DNA of 64,000 bases from Gaiellaceae bacterium. GTDB taxonomy: Bacteria > Actinomycetota > Thermoleophilia > Gaiellales > Gaiellaceae. A program made the translations under genes and the position numbers. Shown piece by piece: positions 8,871 to 17,709 of this stretch. Under the pieces are notes generated by a model. It was not told the DNA's origin. It ran no database searches and was given only the letters and a program-made list of their open reading frames with translations. The DNA lies in NCBI GenBank assembly GCA_036271235.1, contig DATBBA010000002.1, forward strand, positions 802 to 64,801, written 5' to 3'. Every line of letters begins with the position of its first letter. Positions within the stretch are counted from its first letter, which is position 1.

Positions 8871-9626
8871 ATGCGCGTGTGGATCACCGACGGCTCGCTC
8901 CCCGTGTTCTCGGACACGATCCGGCTGAACGCGTCGCACAAGGCCCTGTTCGGGATCCCGACGCGGTACGAGGGCTTCGTCGACCCCGCTGTCGAGCGCG
9001 GCTCGGCCACGATCGCCGCCGAGCGGGAAGACGACGCGCTCGTGGTCGAGGCCGAGTGGGCACTCGAGTTCCCGGACGGCATCCCGGCCGAGGTCGACCC
9101 GAGCACGCCCGTGGTCGTCCAGGGGCTCGCCGAGGGGAAGTGGCTGAACCGCCTCCTCGGGACGAGGGAGTGGCAGCCGGCGAGCCTCGGCAACAACATG
9201 CTGGCGGAAGGGCCCGGGATCCGGTCGTCGCTCGGGGCCCTGGAGCTCGGCCGTCCGGGCACGGTCCGGCTCTCGTACGAGCGCGCCGACGGCGGCATCC
9301 AGGAGCATTCCTCGCCGCTCGAGGCGATCCGCGGAAACCACATGCTCGGGCTCGTGCGCGAGGTGCTGCGCGTGGCCTCGGAGAACGGCGGGATCGATGC
9401 GATCGACCTCGGCGCCCTCGGCGAGCTCGCCGCCGTCGTGAACGAGCCGGCGCGGATCAAGGCCAGCGCACGCCCGCTTCCGATCCCCCACCGTGCCAAG
9501 GAGCGCCTGGTGCGGAAGGCGATTGCCGACCGGGTCTCGGTGCCGCCCGGGGCGACGGTGAGCCTGCAGGTCCTGAACGGCGCCGGCGCGGTCGTCGGCG
9601 AGGGCGCGCTGAGGCTAGCCGGCTGA
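8871..9626 (+). CDS. hypothetical protein
   Basis: High third-position GC throughout. ATG 8871 is in frame with the TTG at 8832. I recognised no motifs. Confidence 0.6.
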   Translation: MRVWITDGSLPVFSDTIRLNASHKALFGIPTRYEGFVDPAVERGSATIAAEREDDALVVEAEWALEFPDGIPAEVDPSTPVVVQGLAEGKWLNRLLGTREWQPASLGNNMLAEGPGIRSSLGALELGRPGTVRLSYERADGGIQEHSSPLEAIRGNHMLGLVREVLRVASENGGIDAIDLGALGELAAVVNEPARIKASARPLPIPHRAKERLVRKAIADRVSVPPGATVSLQVLNGAGAVVGEGALRLAG

Positions 9627-10079
9627 GGTCAGAGCCCGCGCCAGCTCCTCCTCGAGCCGCCGGATGCGGCTGTTCAGGATCGGCAGGAGCGCCAGCGCGA
9701 TCTCGGGATCCTCGCGCAGCTCACGCTGGAAGTCGGCCTTGACGAGTAGAGCGCACTCGGTCGGCTCGTCGGCGATCACCGTGCGCTCGCGCTCCGTGTC
9801 GTCGATCAGCCCCAGCTCGCCGAAGAACGTCCCGGGGCCGCCCTCGATCGCATCGACCTGGACGTTGCCGTCACCCTCGCGGACGAAACGGACCTTCCCC
9901 GCGAGCACCATGTAGAAGGACATGCTCGTGTCGCCCTGCTTCACGATCGTCGCGCCGGCGGGGTAGGCGCGCCGCGTCGAATGGCGCGCGATGTCCTCGC
10001 GATGATCCTGGCTGAGCCCGCGGAAGAGCGGCACGCGCGCGATCGCCTCCGCGACGGCCTCGACCTCGACGTCAGCCAT
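9615..10079 (-). CDS. stand-alone cyclic-nucleotide-binding domain protein
   Basis: VPLFRGLS...GDTSMSFYMVLAGKV...FFGELGLIDDTERERTVIA is a complete CNB beta-roll with a phosphate-binding cassette. The ATG overlaps the GH3 stop by 8 nt. Confidence 0.85.
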   Translation of the reverse strand: MADVEVEAVAEAIARVPLFRGLSQDHREDIARHSTRRAYPAGATIVKQGDTSMSFYMVLAGKVRFVREGDGNVQVDAIEGGPGTFFGELGLIDDTERERTVIADEPTECALLVKADFQRELREDPEIALALLPILNSRIRRLEEELARALTSAG

Positions 10080-11766
10080 CGAACCCCACCTCCTCGATCA
10101 CGTTCAGATCCTTGCCGAACTCCATGTTGGGCGAGAGCTGCGGGAGCTTCACCTGCGCCTCGGGCGCCCCCTCTGCGACGCGCTTCTGGCGCATCGCCTG
10201 GTAGGTGCCGGGCGCGACGCGCTTCAGCACCGGGGGCCCGAGCCGGAGCGACTCGCGCTTTGCCGCGTACTCGATGTTCCGGTCCGAGATCTTCTTGTCC
10301 ATCGACCTGAGGAAGGCCCGCTCGCGGTCGGGTGTCATCCCGTCGCCGAGCTCGGCGTAGAACGCATAGTGCGGCGGGTCGGCCCACTCGACGGCGGCCG
10401 TGAAGTGCTCGACCTCGTAGCCGGAGTCGTCGACCGACTCGCAGAGCGCGCCCGTCACCTGCGACTCGGTCAGCTTCTCGCCGGTGATCGAGGTCATGCC
10501 CTGGCCCTTGCGCACGAACTGCACGACCGGGGCGTGCCGGTACCAGTCGACGACGCGGACGACGTCGTTGATGTCGTAGCGGTACAGCCCCGCCGAGGTC
10601 GTGAAGTGGACGTAGTACTCGCGGTTCGGCTCGAGCTCGTCGCACGTGAGGAACGTCGCGTTCGGGTTGTCGCGGTCGGCCTCGGGCAGGAACTCGTAGA
10701 AGTGGCTGGTGACGTTGAGCACGCCCGCCGCGCCCGAGTTCGCGAGCGGGGTCGAGCCGCGGCCCTCGCTCGCCATGTAGCCGAGATCCCGCACCGGGGT
10801 GTCGCCGTAGAACTCCGGCAGCTTCCGCAGGTAGAGCGGCATCGTGCCGCCCTTCCAGCACGAGAGCAGCTGCAGGTTCGGCCACACCTCGATCGGGAGC
10901 AGCGTGCCGGTCGAGCGCAGGAGCGAGGCGAGCTCCGCCGCGCGGCGCGGATCGGGCTCGAGCCCTTCAGTCAGCTCCGGCGGCGAGCCTTCCGGGAGGT
11001 ACTTCGGGTCGATCGTGCCGTTCCGGACGTCCTCGATCAGCTCGTCGGCGTGCTGGGCGAGCTTCTCGCCGAGGAGAACCATGCTCGAGGGGTTCGGCAT
11101 CATGATCAGCCGGATGTCCGACATCAGCGCGTGCCGCAGTGTGAGGTAGTACTTGGCCTCGACGTCCTTCACCTTGCAGAGCTCGTAGGGGAGCGCGTAG
11201 TAGCGCTTGATCGCACCGGGCTGCTGGCGGGCCAGGTAGCCGGAGATCGCGCCGTAGGGGAGGCCTCCCTCGGAGTGGCCCTCGACGTCGTTCGAGGTCG
11301 GGACGAGGAACTTGCCGTCCATCAGGTGCCCGAAGTCTCCGAGGATGCGGTAGAGGTGGACGTGGACGCCGTGGCTGTATTCATGCATGTAGCTCGACGT
11401 CACGGGGATGTACTTCGCCTTGCCGGTCGTGCCGCTCGTCGTCGCGAACATCAGCGGATCGTCTGCGGTGAGGACGTGCTTCTCGCCGCGAAGGGTCCGC
11501 TCGACATACGGCTCGAGCGACTCGTAGGAGTTCGGGGGCACGGCCGTCCGGAAGTCCTCGATCGAGCGGATCTTCCCGAAGTCGTGCTCCCGCCCGTACG
11601 CGGTGTCGGCATTCCGTTTGGCGAGACCGAGCAGGTAGCGCTCCTGTACCGCGCGTGCGTCCCGCGTCCCCTCGTCGAACCGATGCGCGTCGCTGAAGTC
11701 GAGCCATGTCCGGAGCAGGCGCTGGGCGGCCGACGTGCCCCTTTCCCTCTGCGGCGAAACCGACAT
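10072..11766 (-). CDS. GH3-family adenylating acyl-acid amido synthetase
   Basis: TTSGTTGKAKYIP, LGYMASEGRGS and LYRYDINDVVRVV..FVRKGQG motifs. GAGGTGAGGTG SD before ATG 11766. Confidence 0.85.
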   Translation of the reverse strand: MSVSPQRERGTSAAQRLLRTWLDFSDAHRFDEGTRDARAVQERYLLGLAKRNADTAYGREHDFGKIRSIEDFRTAVPPNSYESLEPYVERTLRGEKHVLTADDPLMFATTSGTTGKAKYIPVTSSYMHEYSHGVHVHLYRILGDFGHLMDGKFLVPTSNDVEGHSEGGLPYGAISGYLARQQPGAIKRYYALPYELCKVKDVEAKYYLTLRHALMSDIRLIMMPNPSSMVLLGEKLAQHADELIEDVRNGTIDPKYLPEGSPPELTEGLEPDPRRAAELASLLRSTGTLLPIEVWPNLQLLSCWKGGTMPLYLRKLPEFYGDTPVRDLGYMASEGRGSTPLANSGAAGVLNVTSHFYEFLPEADRDNPNATFLTCDELEPNREYYVHFTTSAGLYRYDINDVVRVVDWYRHAPVVQFVRKGQGMTSITGEKLTESQVTGALCESVDDSGYEVEHFTAAVEWADPPHYAFYAELGDGMTPDRERAFLRSMDKKISDRNIEYAAKRESLRLGPPVLKRVAPGTYQAMRQKRVAEGAPEAQVKLPQLSPNMEFGKDLNVIEEVGFDG

Positions 11767-11770
11767 CACC

Positions 11771-13831
11771 TCACCTCTTCTTCTTGGGTTTTGGGAGCTT
11801 CTCGAGTGTCCGCGTCGAGCTCGTATGGCGCTCGAGCACGTCGGTCCTGACATGCACGCCGAGCCCCGGCCCGTCGGGCGTGCGGGCCCAGCCGCCGTAT
11901 CCGGGAAGCACCCGCTCTGCGGTCAGGTCCTCCTTGAGGAGCAGGCTGCCGCCCGAGCCCTCCACGTAGCGGGGCTGCCCGATCGCGGCGGCGAGGTGGC
12001 GGCCGGCAGCGGAGAGCAGGCCGCTCTCTCCGACCTGCGCGCCGACGACGATGTCGAGCCCCGCCGCCTGTGCGATCCGGGCGATCCTCATCGAGGCGAG
12101 GAGGCCGCCGCACTTGGAGACGCGGATGTTGAAGGCGTTGCAGGCGCCCGCCTCGACGATCTTCTCGGCGTCTGCGACGGTCCGCAGCGACTCGTCGACG
12201 ACGATCGACTCGGGCACCTCCGCGGTCAGCCGCGCGAGGCCCTCGAGGTCGTCGGCCGCGAGCGGCTGCTCGACCGCGCTCAGCTTGTAGGCGCGCATCC
12301 GCTCGATCGCTTCCAGCGCCTCCTCGACCGTCCAGCCGCAGTTCGCGTCGACACGGAGGTCGACCGTTGGGCCGAGCAGGCGGCGCAGGATCGCGAGTGT
12401 CTCGAGCTCCCGCTCGAGGTCGTCGCCGACCTTCACCTTCACCTGTGAGACGCCGTATGCCTTGATCACGCGGGCGAGGATCGCGACCTTGCGCGGGCTC
12501 GAGAAGGGAAGGACCGCGTCGTAGCGGACCTGCCGAGCGGCCTCGCCACCAAGCCACGCCTGCACCGAGAGCCCGAGCCAGCGGCCGAACGCATCGAGGA
12601 GCCCCAGCTCGAGCGCGCAGCGCGCAGCGGTCTCGAGCCGGCCGTCCGGGCCGACCGGCGGCGCCGCCTCGTCGATCGCCGCTCCGAGCTCGTCGGCCGA
12701 GCCGGGGTCGAGGCCGAGCAGGGCCGGAACCTGACGTTCGGCGAGCGCGGCGAGGGCGCCGTCGGTGGTCTCGCCGGTGACGTAGTCGCGCGGCACGCTC
12801 TCGCCGTAGCCGACCGTGCCGTCCTCGAGCACGACCCGGGCGACGACGTTCGTCGACGAGCTTCGGGTCGCAAGGGCATGCCCGAACGAGAAGCGGAACG
12901 GCAGCTCGACTGCGAGCAGGTCGATCGCCGCGATCGAGGCGCGCCGCGGGCCGGCCCGGCGCGCGACGGGCGATTCGGAGACGACCCTGTCGAGCCAGCC
13001 TGCGAGATCGTCCCGGTAGCGATCGCGTTCGGGCTCGAAGTCGAGGATGTGGCCGAAGTCCGGATAGCGGATGTACTGCTTCGCCGGCGCGCTGAGCTGC
13101 TCGAACCAGCGCCTGACGCTCTCGCCGTCGACGATCGGATCGCGGCCGGCCTGGAGCAGGAGCACGGGCATTGCCAGCTTGGTTGTCGCGAGGAGCTTCC
13201 GGTCCCAGAAGAACTGCTCGAAGTAGAAGCGGGCGGTCACCTCGTGGAGCGAGAGCGGGTCCTCACGGATGAAGTCGAGGTATGGCGGGTTCGAGGTGAA
13301 CATCTCGGCCTCGAGCGGGATCCGGATCCGCCGCTCCGGCTCCCGGAGCCGCCCGCGGAACACGGCCAGCTTCTCGGCCGGCTCCAGGTCGACCTTCGCC
13401 TTCAGGGCCGGGCCGATCAGCCCAAGCGCGGCGAGCTCGTAGGGATGGTCGAGCGCGTACTGGAGAGCCGTCCGGGCGCCCCAGCAGCCACCCACGAGCA
13501 CGACAGGCGCATCCGGGTGCTCGCGGCGGGCGAGCTTCACGAAGCGGTGGACGTCGGCGACGAGCTGCGCGGGCCCGTCGAAGTCGCCACGCGGCGCGAG
13601 GCTCTCCCCGGAGCCGCGCCGGTCGGGCAGGTACACGGCGTAGCCGCGCCGCGCGAGCTCCGCGGCCGTCTCGATATACCAGCCGCCATGACTCTGGATT
13701 CCGTGCAGGTAGACGAGAGAGCCGCGAGCGGCGCCGTCGGGCACGAAGGCGCGGTAGTGGAGCTCGAGCCCGTCGTCGGCGTAGATCTCGAGGGGCGGAT
13801 CCGACGCGAGAACGGGAGCGGCGAGGCTCAC
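11771..13831 (-). CDS. fusion protein: alpha/beta-hydrolase (monoacylglycerol-lipase/Hydrolase_4-like, Cys at nucleophile position) + enolase-superfamily MLE-subgroup racemase/epimerase
   Basis: The GTG at 13831 overlaps the patatin TGA (GTGA). N-terminal half: HGIQSHGGWY, LVGGCWGA, GRDPIVD, DFGH. C-terminal half: VKVKVG (KxK), RVDANCGW, VEQP, VVDES, VSKCGG. A single uninterrupted frame. Confidence 0.8.
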   Translation of the reverse strand: MSLAAPVLASDPPLEIYADDGLELHYRAFVPDGAARGSLVYLHGIQSHGGWYIETAAELARRGYAVYLPDRRGSGESLAPRGDFDGPAQLVADVHRFVKLARREHPDAPVVLVGGCWGARTALQYALDHPYELAALGLIGPALKAKVDLEPAEKLAVFRGRLREPERRIRIPLEAEMFTSNPPYLDFIREDPLSLHEVTARFYFEQFFWDRKLLATTKLAMPVLLLQAGRDPIVDGESVRRWFEQLSAPAKQYIRYPDFGHILDFEPERDRYRDDLAGWLDRVVSESPVARRAGPRRASIAAIDLLAVELPFRFSFGHALATRSSSTNVVARVVLEDGTVGYGESVPRDYVTGETTDGALAALAERQVPALLGLDPGSADELGAAIDEAAPPVGPDGRLETAARCALELGLLDAFGRWLGLSVQAWLGGEAARQVRYDAVLPFSSPRKVAILARVIKAYGVSQVKVKVGDDLERELETLAILRRLLGPTVDLRVDANCGWTVEEALEAIERMRAYKLSAVEQPLAADDLEGLARLTAEVPESIVVDESLRTVADAEKIVEAGACNAFNIRVSKCGGLLASMRIARIAQAAGLDIVVGAQVGESGLLSAAGRHLAAAIGQPRYVEGSGGSLLLKEDLTAERVLPGYGGWARTPDGPGLGVHVRTDVLERHTSSTRTLEKLPKPKKKR

Positions 13832-15579
13832 GGGCGCAGCGACGGTAGCGAGGCCGCGATCCGGGGCATGGCCGCCTGGACTGCCTCGAGACCGGTGTCG
13901 TAGTAGCGGCGGCCGTCTCCGAAGTGGCGCAGCTTCGCCGCCGGCATGTTCTCGAACTTCGGGATGATCGCGACCGTCGAGACGCCCGGCGCCTCGTGCG
14001 GCATGTGCGATTGCATGATGTCGATCGAGCTCATGATCACCGCGACCGCGGAGGGAGGGCGGCCCGCAGCCGGCATCGCTTCGAGGGCGTGGCCCATGGC
14101 GTCGCGCGGGCTGACGAGCCTCACGGCGAGCACGATGTCGGCTCCCATCTGTGCAGCAACGGATGACGGCACCGGGTTCACGACCCCACCGTCGACGAGG
14201 GTGTACTCGCCCATGCGTTGTGCCGCATAGATGCCGGGTATCGAGATGCTCGCGAGCACGGCCTGCCACAGGAGCCCGCGCCGGATCACGACCTCGGCGT
14301 GGCTGTCGACGTCGGCTGCGACGATCGCGAGCGGCGTCTTCAGGTCCTGGATCTGGACGTCGCCGGCCGTCTTGCGGAGCAGGTTGCGGATGCCGGTGTT
14401 CGAGAGCAGGCCGCGTCCGGGGAGCGTCATGCGGAACATGCGCTCGGCGAACTGGTCGAGGATCTCGAGGCCTTCTTCCGGCGTCTTCCCCATCGCGTGC
14501 AGGGCCGCCGCGGCCGAGCCGACGCTGGCGCCGGCGGCGTAGTCGATCTCGATCCCGGCCTGCTGGAGCCCCTTCAGCACGCCGAAATGCGCGTAGCCGC
14601 GCATGCTCCCGGAGCCGAGCGCGATCCCGACGGTCAGCTTCGTCAGGCGCCTGGCGAGCCGGCCGGCGGCCTTCCCTGCGGGCGTCTGCGCGGGCAGGAG
14701 CCCGTCCCGGATCATCGAGGTGTCCTGCGTCCCGAGCGGGGCCAGGTCGTAGACGCCGTCCCGGCCGGTTTCGCCGTCCGCGCCGTCCACCCAGGCGCGG
14801 AGCGCGGGTACCGCCTCGTCCGGGCGTGACGTGCCTGCCGGGATCAGATCGACCGGTGCGGCCGCGGGAAGGAGCGATTGGCCGGGGCTATCGAGGACGA
14901 TGACCGTGGCCAGGCGTTCGAAGAGCGCTTCCAGCGCCTCGCCGACTTCCCCCTCCTCTTCGGGATCTTCGAATCTCAACTCGACCCGGCCGGGCGCCCC
15001 GCTGGCGGGTGCGATGCCCTCGAGCTCGCGGTACCGGGTGCGGTCGCGGGCGAGGAGGACGACGTTCTCCCGGGTGTGCCAGGCGATGCTGCACGCGAGC
15101 GCCCAGGCCGCGAGCGGCGGCCCACCGTGGTCGCGGAGATGGATGAGCACACCCGGCGCGTCGCCGGCGGCGAGGCGGTCGGCGCTCGCGAGCTTGTCCG
15201 CGAGGATCCGGCCGAGGTTGCGGTAGACGAGCGGGTACCTGGTGGCGATGCGCTCGAACTCGTCGGGCTCGATCACCGCCGCCTCTACCTCGGTCGCCGC
15301 GCGAACCGTGCACGCCGCAGGTTCGTTCCGCAGGAGTGCCATCTCGCCCAGGACGGACCCCGTGTCGGCACTGCCGACGAGGTGCTCGACGCCATGGCGG
15401 TCGGCGACGAAGACCTCCGCCAACCCGTGCTCGACGAGGAACAGGAGATGCGATCGGTCGCCGGCGGAAATGATGACCTCGCCAGGGGCGAACTTTCTGC
15501 GCTCGAGCCGGTCGAGCACCCCGCTACGCTCGTCCGGAGGGACGCCATCGAAAACCGACAGTCCCCCGACAGCCTGCAT
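13828..15579 (-). CDS. cyclic-nucleotide-binding domain / patatin-like phospholipase (NTE-family)
   Basis: N-terminal CNB roll (GEVIISAGD..LGEMALL). Patatin motifs GSGSMRG, GASVGS (GxSxG) and VDGG. Confidence 0.9.
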   Translation of the reverse strand: MQAVGGLSVFDGVPPDERSGVLDRLERRKFAPGEVIISAGDRSHLLFLVEHGLAEVFVADRHGVEHLVGSADTGSVLGEMALLRNEPAACTVRAATEVEAAVIEPDEFERIATRYPLVYRNLGRILADKLASADRLAAGDAPGVLIHLRDHGGPPLAAWALACSIAWHTRENVVLLARDRTRYRELEGIAPASGAPGRVELRFEDPEEEGEVGEALEALFERLATVIVLDSPGQSLLPAAAPVDLIPAGTSRPDEAVPALRAWVDGADGETGRDGVYDLAPLGTQDTSMIRDGLLPAQTPAGKAAGRLARRLTKLTVGIALGSGSMRGYAHFGVLKGLQQAGIEIDYAAGASVGSAAAALHAMGKTPEEGLEILDQFAERMFRMTLPGRGLLSNTGIRNLLRKTAGDVQIQDLKTPLAIVAADVDSHAEVVIRRGLLWQAVLASISIPGIYAAQRMGEYTLVDGGVVNPVPSSVAAQMGADIVLAVRLVSPRDAMGHALEAMPAAGRPPSAVAVIMSSIDIMQSHMPHEAPGVSTVAIIPKFENMPAAKLRHFGDGRRYYDTGLEAVQAAMPRIAASLPSLRP

Positions 15580-15721
15580 CGCCCGAGGGTACCGCGCGTT
15601 TGCCTACGCGGCAAATCCGGTTTCCGGTCTCGACGGCCGGCCTCGACGGCGCCCGAATAGGATGGGGGAATGAGGCACACCTGCCGTTGAGCGGCGTCGT
15701 TGCCGGGGTCTCGGCGCCCTG

Positions 15722-16918
15722 ATGGACCCGCGGTTCGCGCCTCTTGCCGAGCTCGCCGTCTGGGGGGTGAACCTCCAGCCGGACCAGGTGCTCGTGATCA
15801 CTGCCGAGCACGGTGAGGCCGAAGCGGCACGCGCAGTCGCGGCGGCCGCCTACCGGCGGGGCGCGCGTTTCGTCCAGGTCAACTACTTCGACCCCCACGT
15901 CAAGCGCGCCCGGATCGAGTACGCGCGGGCCGAGACGCTCGAGTTCGTGCCAGCCTGGCTTGAAGAGGCTGCGCTCGCCCATGCCGAGGGGCACGGAGCG
16001 CGGATCGTCTTCGCCGGGATGACCGAACCGAACATCTTCGAAGGCCTCGACCCCGAACGGCTCGGAAAGGATCAGCTGCCGAGGTTGTCGGTCAATGCGC
16101 GAATCGTCAGCGAGCGCCTCTCGAACTGGTGTGGGATCGCGGCCCCTCATCCGGCCTGGGCCACCGTCGTCTTTCCCGCACCCGAGCCGGCAGAGGCGTA
16201 CGAGCGGCTCTGGGCTGAGATCGAGCACGTGCTCCGCCTCGACGAGCCGGATCCGGTCGCCGCCTGGGAGGCTCGGCTGGCCGAGCTCCGGGAGCATGCC
16301 CGCATCCTCTCGGAGCGGCGCTTCGATGCGATCCACCTCCAGGGGCCCGGCACGGATCTCACGATCGGCCTCTTGCCGTCGGCGCGATGGTGGGCGGCCG
16401 ACTTCACGACCGCCGAGGGCCTGCGGCATGTCCCGAACCTGCCGACCGAGGAGGTGTTCACGACGCCGGACCCGGCGCGCGCCGACGGCTTCGTCACCTC
16501 CACGAAGCCCCTCGCGCTGATGGGTGGCGCGACGGTTCGCGGCCTTCGCGTCCGGTTCGAGGGCGGCCGCGCCGTCGAGATCGACGCGGACGAGAACGGC
16601 GACCTCCTGCGCCGCCGCCTCGAGCTCGACAGCGGCGGCGAACGTCTCGGAGAGCTCGCGCTCGTGGATGGAAGCGGACGGATCGGCCCGCTCGAGACGA
16701 CGTTCTTCCACACGCTCCTCGACGAGAACGCGGCGAGCCACATCGCGCTCGGGAACGGCTTCCCGTTCCTGATCGACGACGAGCTCGACCGCTCACGTGT
16801 GAACGTCAGCTCGGTGCACGTCGACTTCATGGTCGGCTCGCCGGAGGTCGAGGTCACCGGGATCACGGCCGCCGGCGACCGGGTCGCGGTGCTCCGCGGC
16901 GGCGCCTGGGCCTTCTGA
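15722..16918 (+). CDS. aminopeptidase, M29 (AmpS/PepS) family
   Basis: 398 aa. Family-typical ..EEVFTTP.., ..ENAASHIALGNG.. and ..VHVDFM.. motifs. Confidence 0.88.
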   Translation: MDPRFAPLAELAVWGVNLQPDQVLVITAEHGEAEAARAVAAAAYRRGARFVQVNYFDPHVKRARIEYARAETLEFVPAWLEEAALAHAEGHGARIVFAGMTEPNIFEGLDPERLGKDQLPRLSVNARIVSERLSNWCGIAAPHPAWATVVFPAPEPAEAYERLWAEIEHVLRLDEPDPVAAWEARLAELREHARILSERRFDAIHLQGPGTDLTIGLLPSARWWAADFTTAEGLRHVPNLPTEEVFTTPDPARADGFVTSTKPLALMGGATVRGLRVRFEGGRAVEIDADENGDLLRRRLELDSGGERLGELALVDGSGRIGPLETTFFHTLLDENAASHIALGNGFPFLIDDELDRSRVNVSSVHVDFMVGSPEVEVTGITAAGDRVAVLRGGAWAF

Positions 16919-16956
16919 GCCTCGCCCGGGAACCGCGCTTCAGCAATCCTCCGCTG

Positions 16957-17637
16957 ATGGCCGCTTCGGGAGAGAGGGAACGCGAGGGCGAGGACGACGG
17001 GCTCGCCGCTCTGAACCGCGCCTACGCGGCGATCGTGAACGAGGCTCGCGCCGAGGTCGCCGCCGGCCGGGAACCGGCAGTCGGTGAGCTCGAAGAACGA
17101 GTACGCGCGGCCAGGAGCGACGTGCTGTCGGCGAGCACCGACGGCGCGCACCCCGCGGTCGAGAAGGCCGAGCGCAGGGCGCTCGAGCAGCTCGCGCGCA
17201 TCACAACGATCTACCGTGCCCGCAGCCTCCTCGCCCGCGAGATCGAGCCGGCCGCCGAGCCACCCCCGCCTGCTCGAACAGCCACCTCGCTCCGGTCTCG
17301 ACTCCGGATCAGGCCGACGATCACCGGCAACCTGGACGTACAGCGGGGTACCGAGGGCGACCGGCTGACGCTTGCCTGGGAGCCCGTGCCGGCCGTCGCG
17401 GAGTGGGAGGTTCGATTCAGCGAGCGTCCCGATCCACGCGGCAGCTACGTCCTGCTCGAGAGCTCGATCCTGCCGCCCGGACAGTCGACGGTCGACGTGC
17501 CGATCGGAGACCATCTCTTCCGCGTGAACATCCTCGGCCGCACCCGCGACGGGCGGCCGCTGCGGCGCGCACTCATCTCTTCGCTCACCCGCGAGACCTG
17601 GAGCGATCGCTGGGAACGCCGCGCGAGCGCGTCCTGA
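16957..17637 (+). CDS. hypothetical protein with C-terminal fibronectin-III-like segment
   Basis: ATG 16957 lies in the frame of track ORF 16387..17637, downstream of the M29 stop. The C-terminus LTLAWEPVPAVAEWEVRF...LPPGQSTVDVP resembles FN3. Confidence 0.55.
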   Translation: MAASGEREREGEDDGLAALNRAYAAIVNEARAEVAAGREPAVGELEERVRAARSDVLSASTDGAHPAVEKAERRALEQLARITTIYRARSLLAREIEPAAEPPPPARTATSLRSRLRIRPTITGNLDVQRGTEGDRLTLAWEPVPAVAEWEVRFSERPDPRGSYVLLESSILPPGQSTVDVPIGDHLFRVNILGRTRDGRPLRRALISSLTRETWSDRWERRASAS

Positions 17638-17647
17638 CCGGTCTCGC

Positions 17648-17677
17648 TTGACTTCCCTCGCCGCCGACGCGCAGAAT
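17648..17677 (+). promoter_or_regulatory. candidate promoter of the sedolisin gene
   Basis: TTGACT-18 nt-CAGAAT, about 30 nt upstream of a GGGGGG SD and ATG 17710. Confidence 0.3.
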
Positions 17678-17709
17678 CCTCGCTTCAGTCAAATCCTCGG
17701 GGGGTCAGG

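Noticed and set aside
7192-15579. The cluster of cNMP-binding domains plus a patatin lipase as a CBASS- or Pycsar-like antiphage signalling system.
   Set aside because: No CD-NTase or nucleotide cyclase is present in or next to the cluster. The CNB-patatin architecture is the common housekeeping NTE-type of actinobacteria. The partners (GH3, enolase, NDH-2) are metabolic enzymes.
15599-15615. A TTTGCC-N5-GGCAAA palindrome in the divergent patatin / M29 promoter region, as a possible CRP/cNMP-regulator site.
   Set aside because: It does not match the TGTGA-N6-TCACA type consensus. None of the CNB proteins here has a DNA-binding domain. A 6-bp palindrome is also expected by chance.
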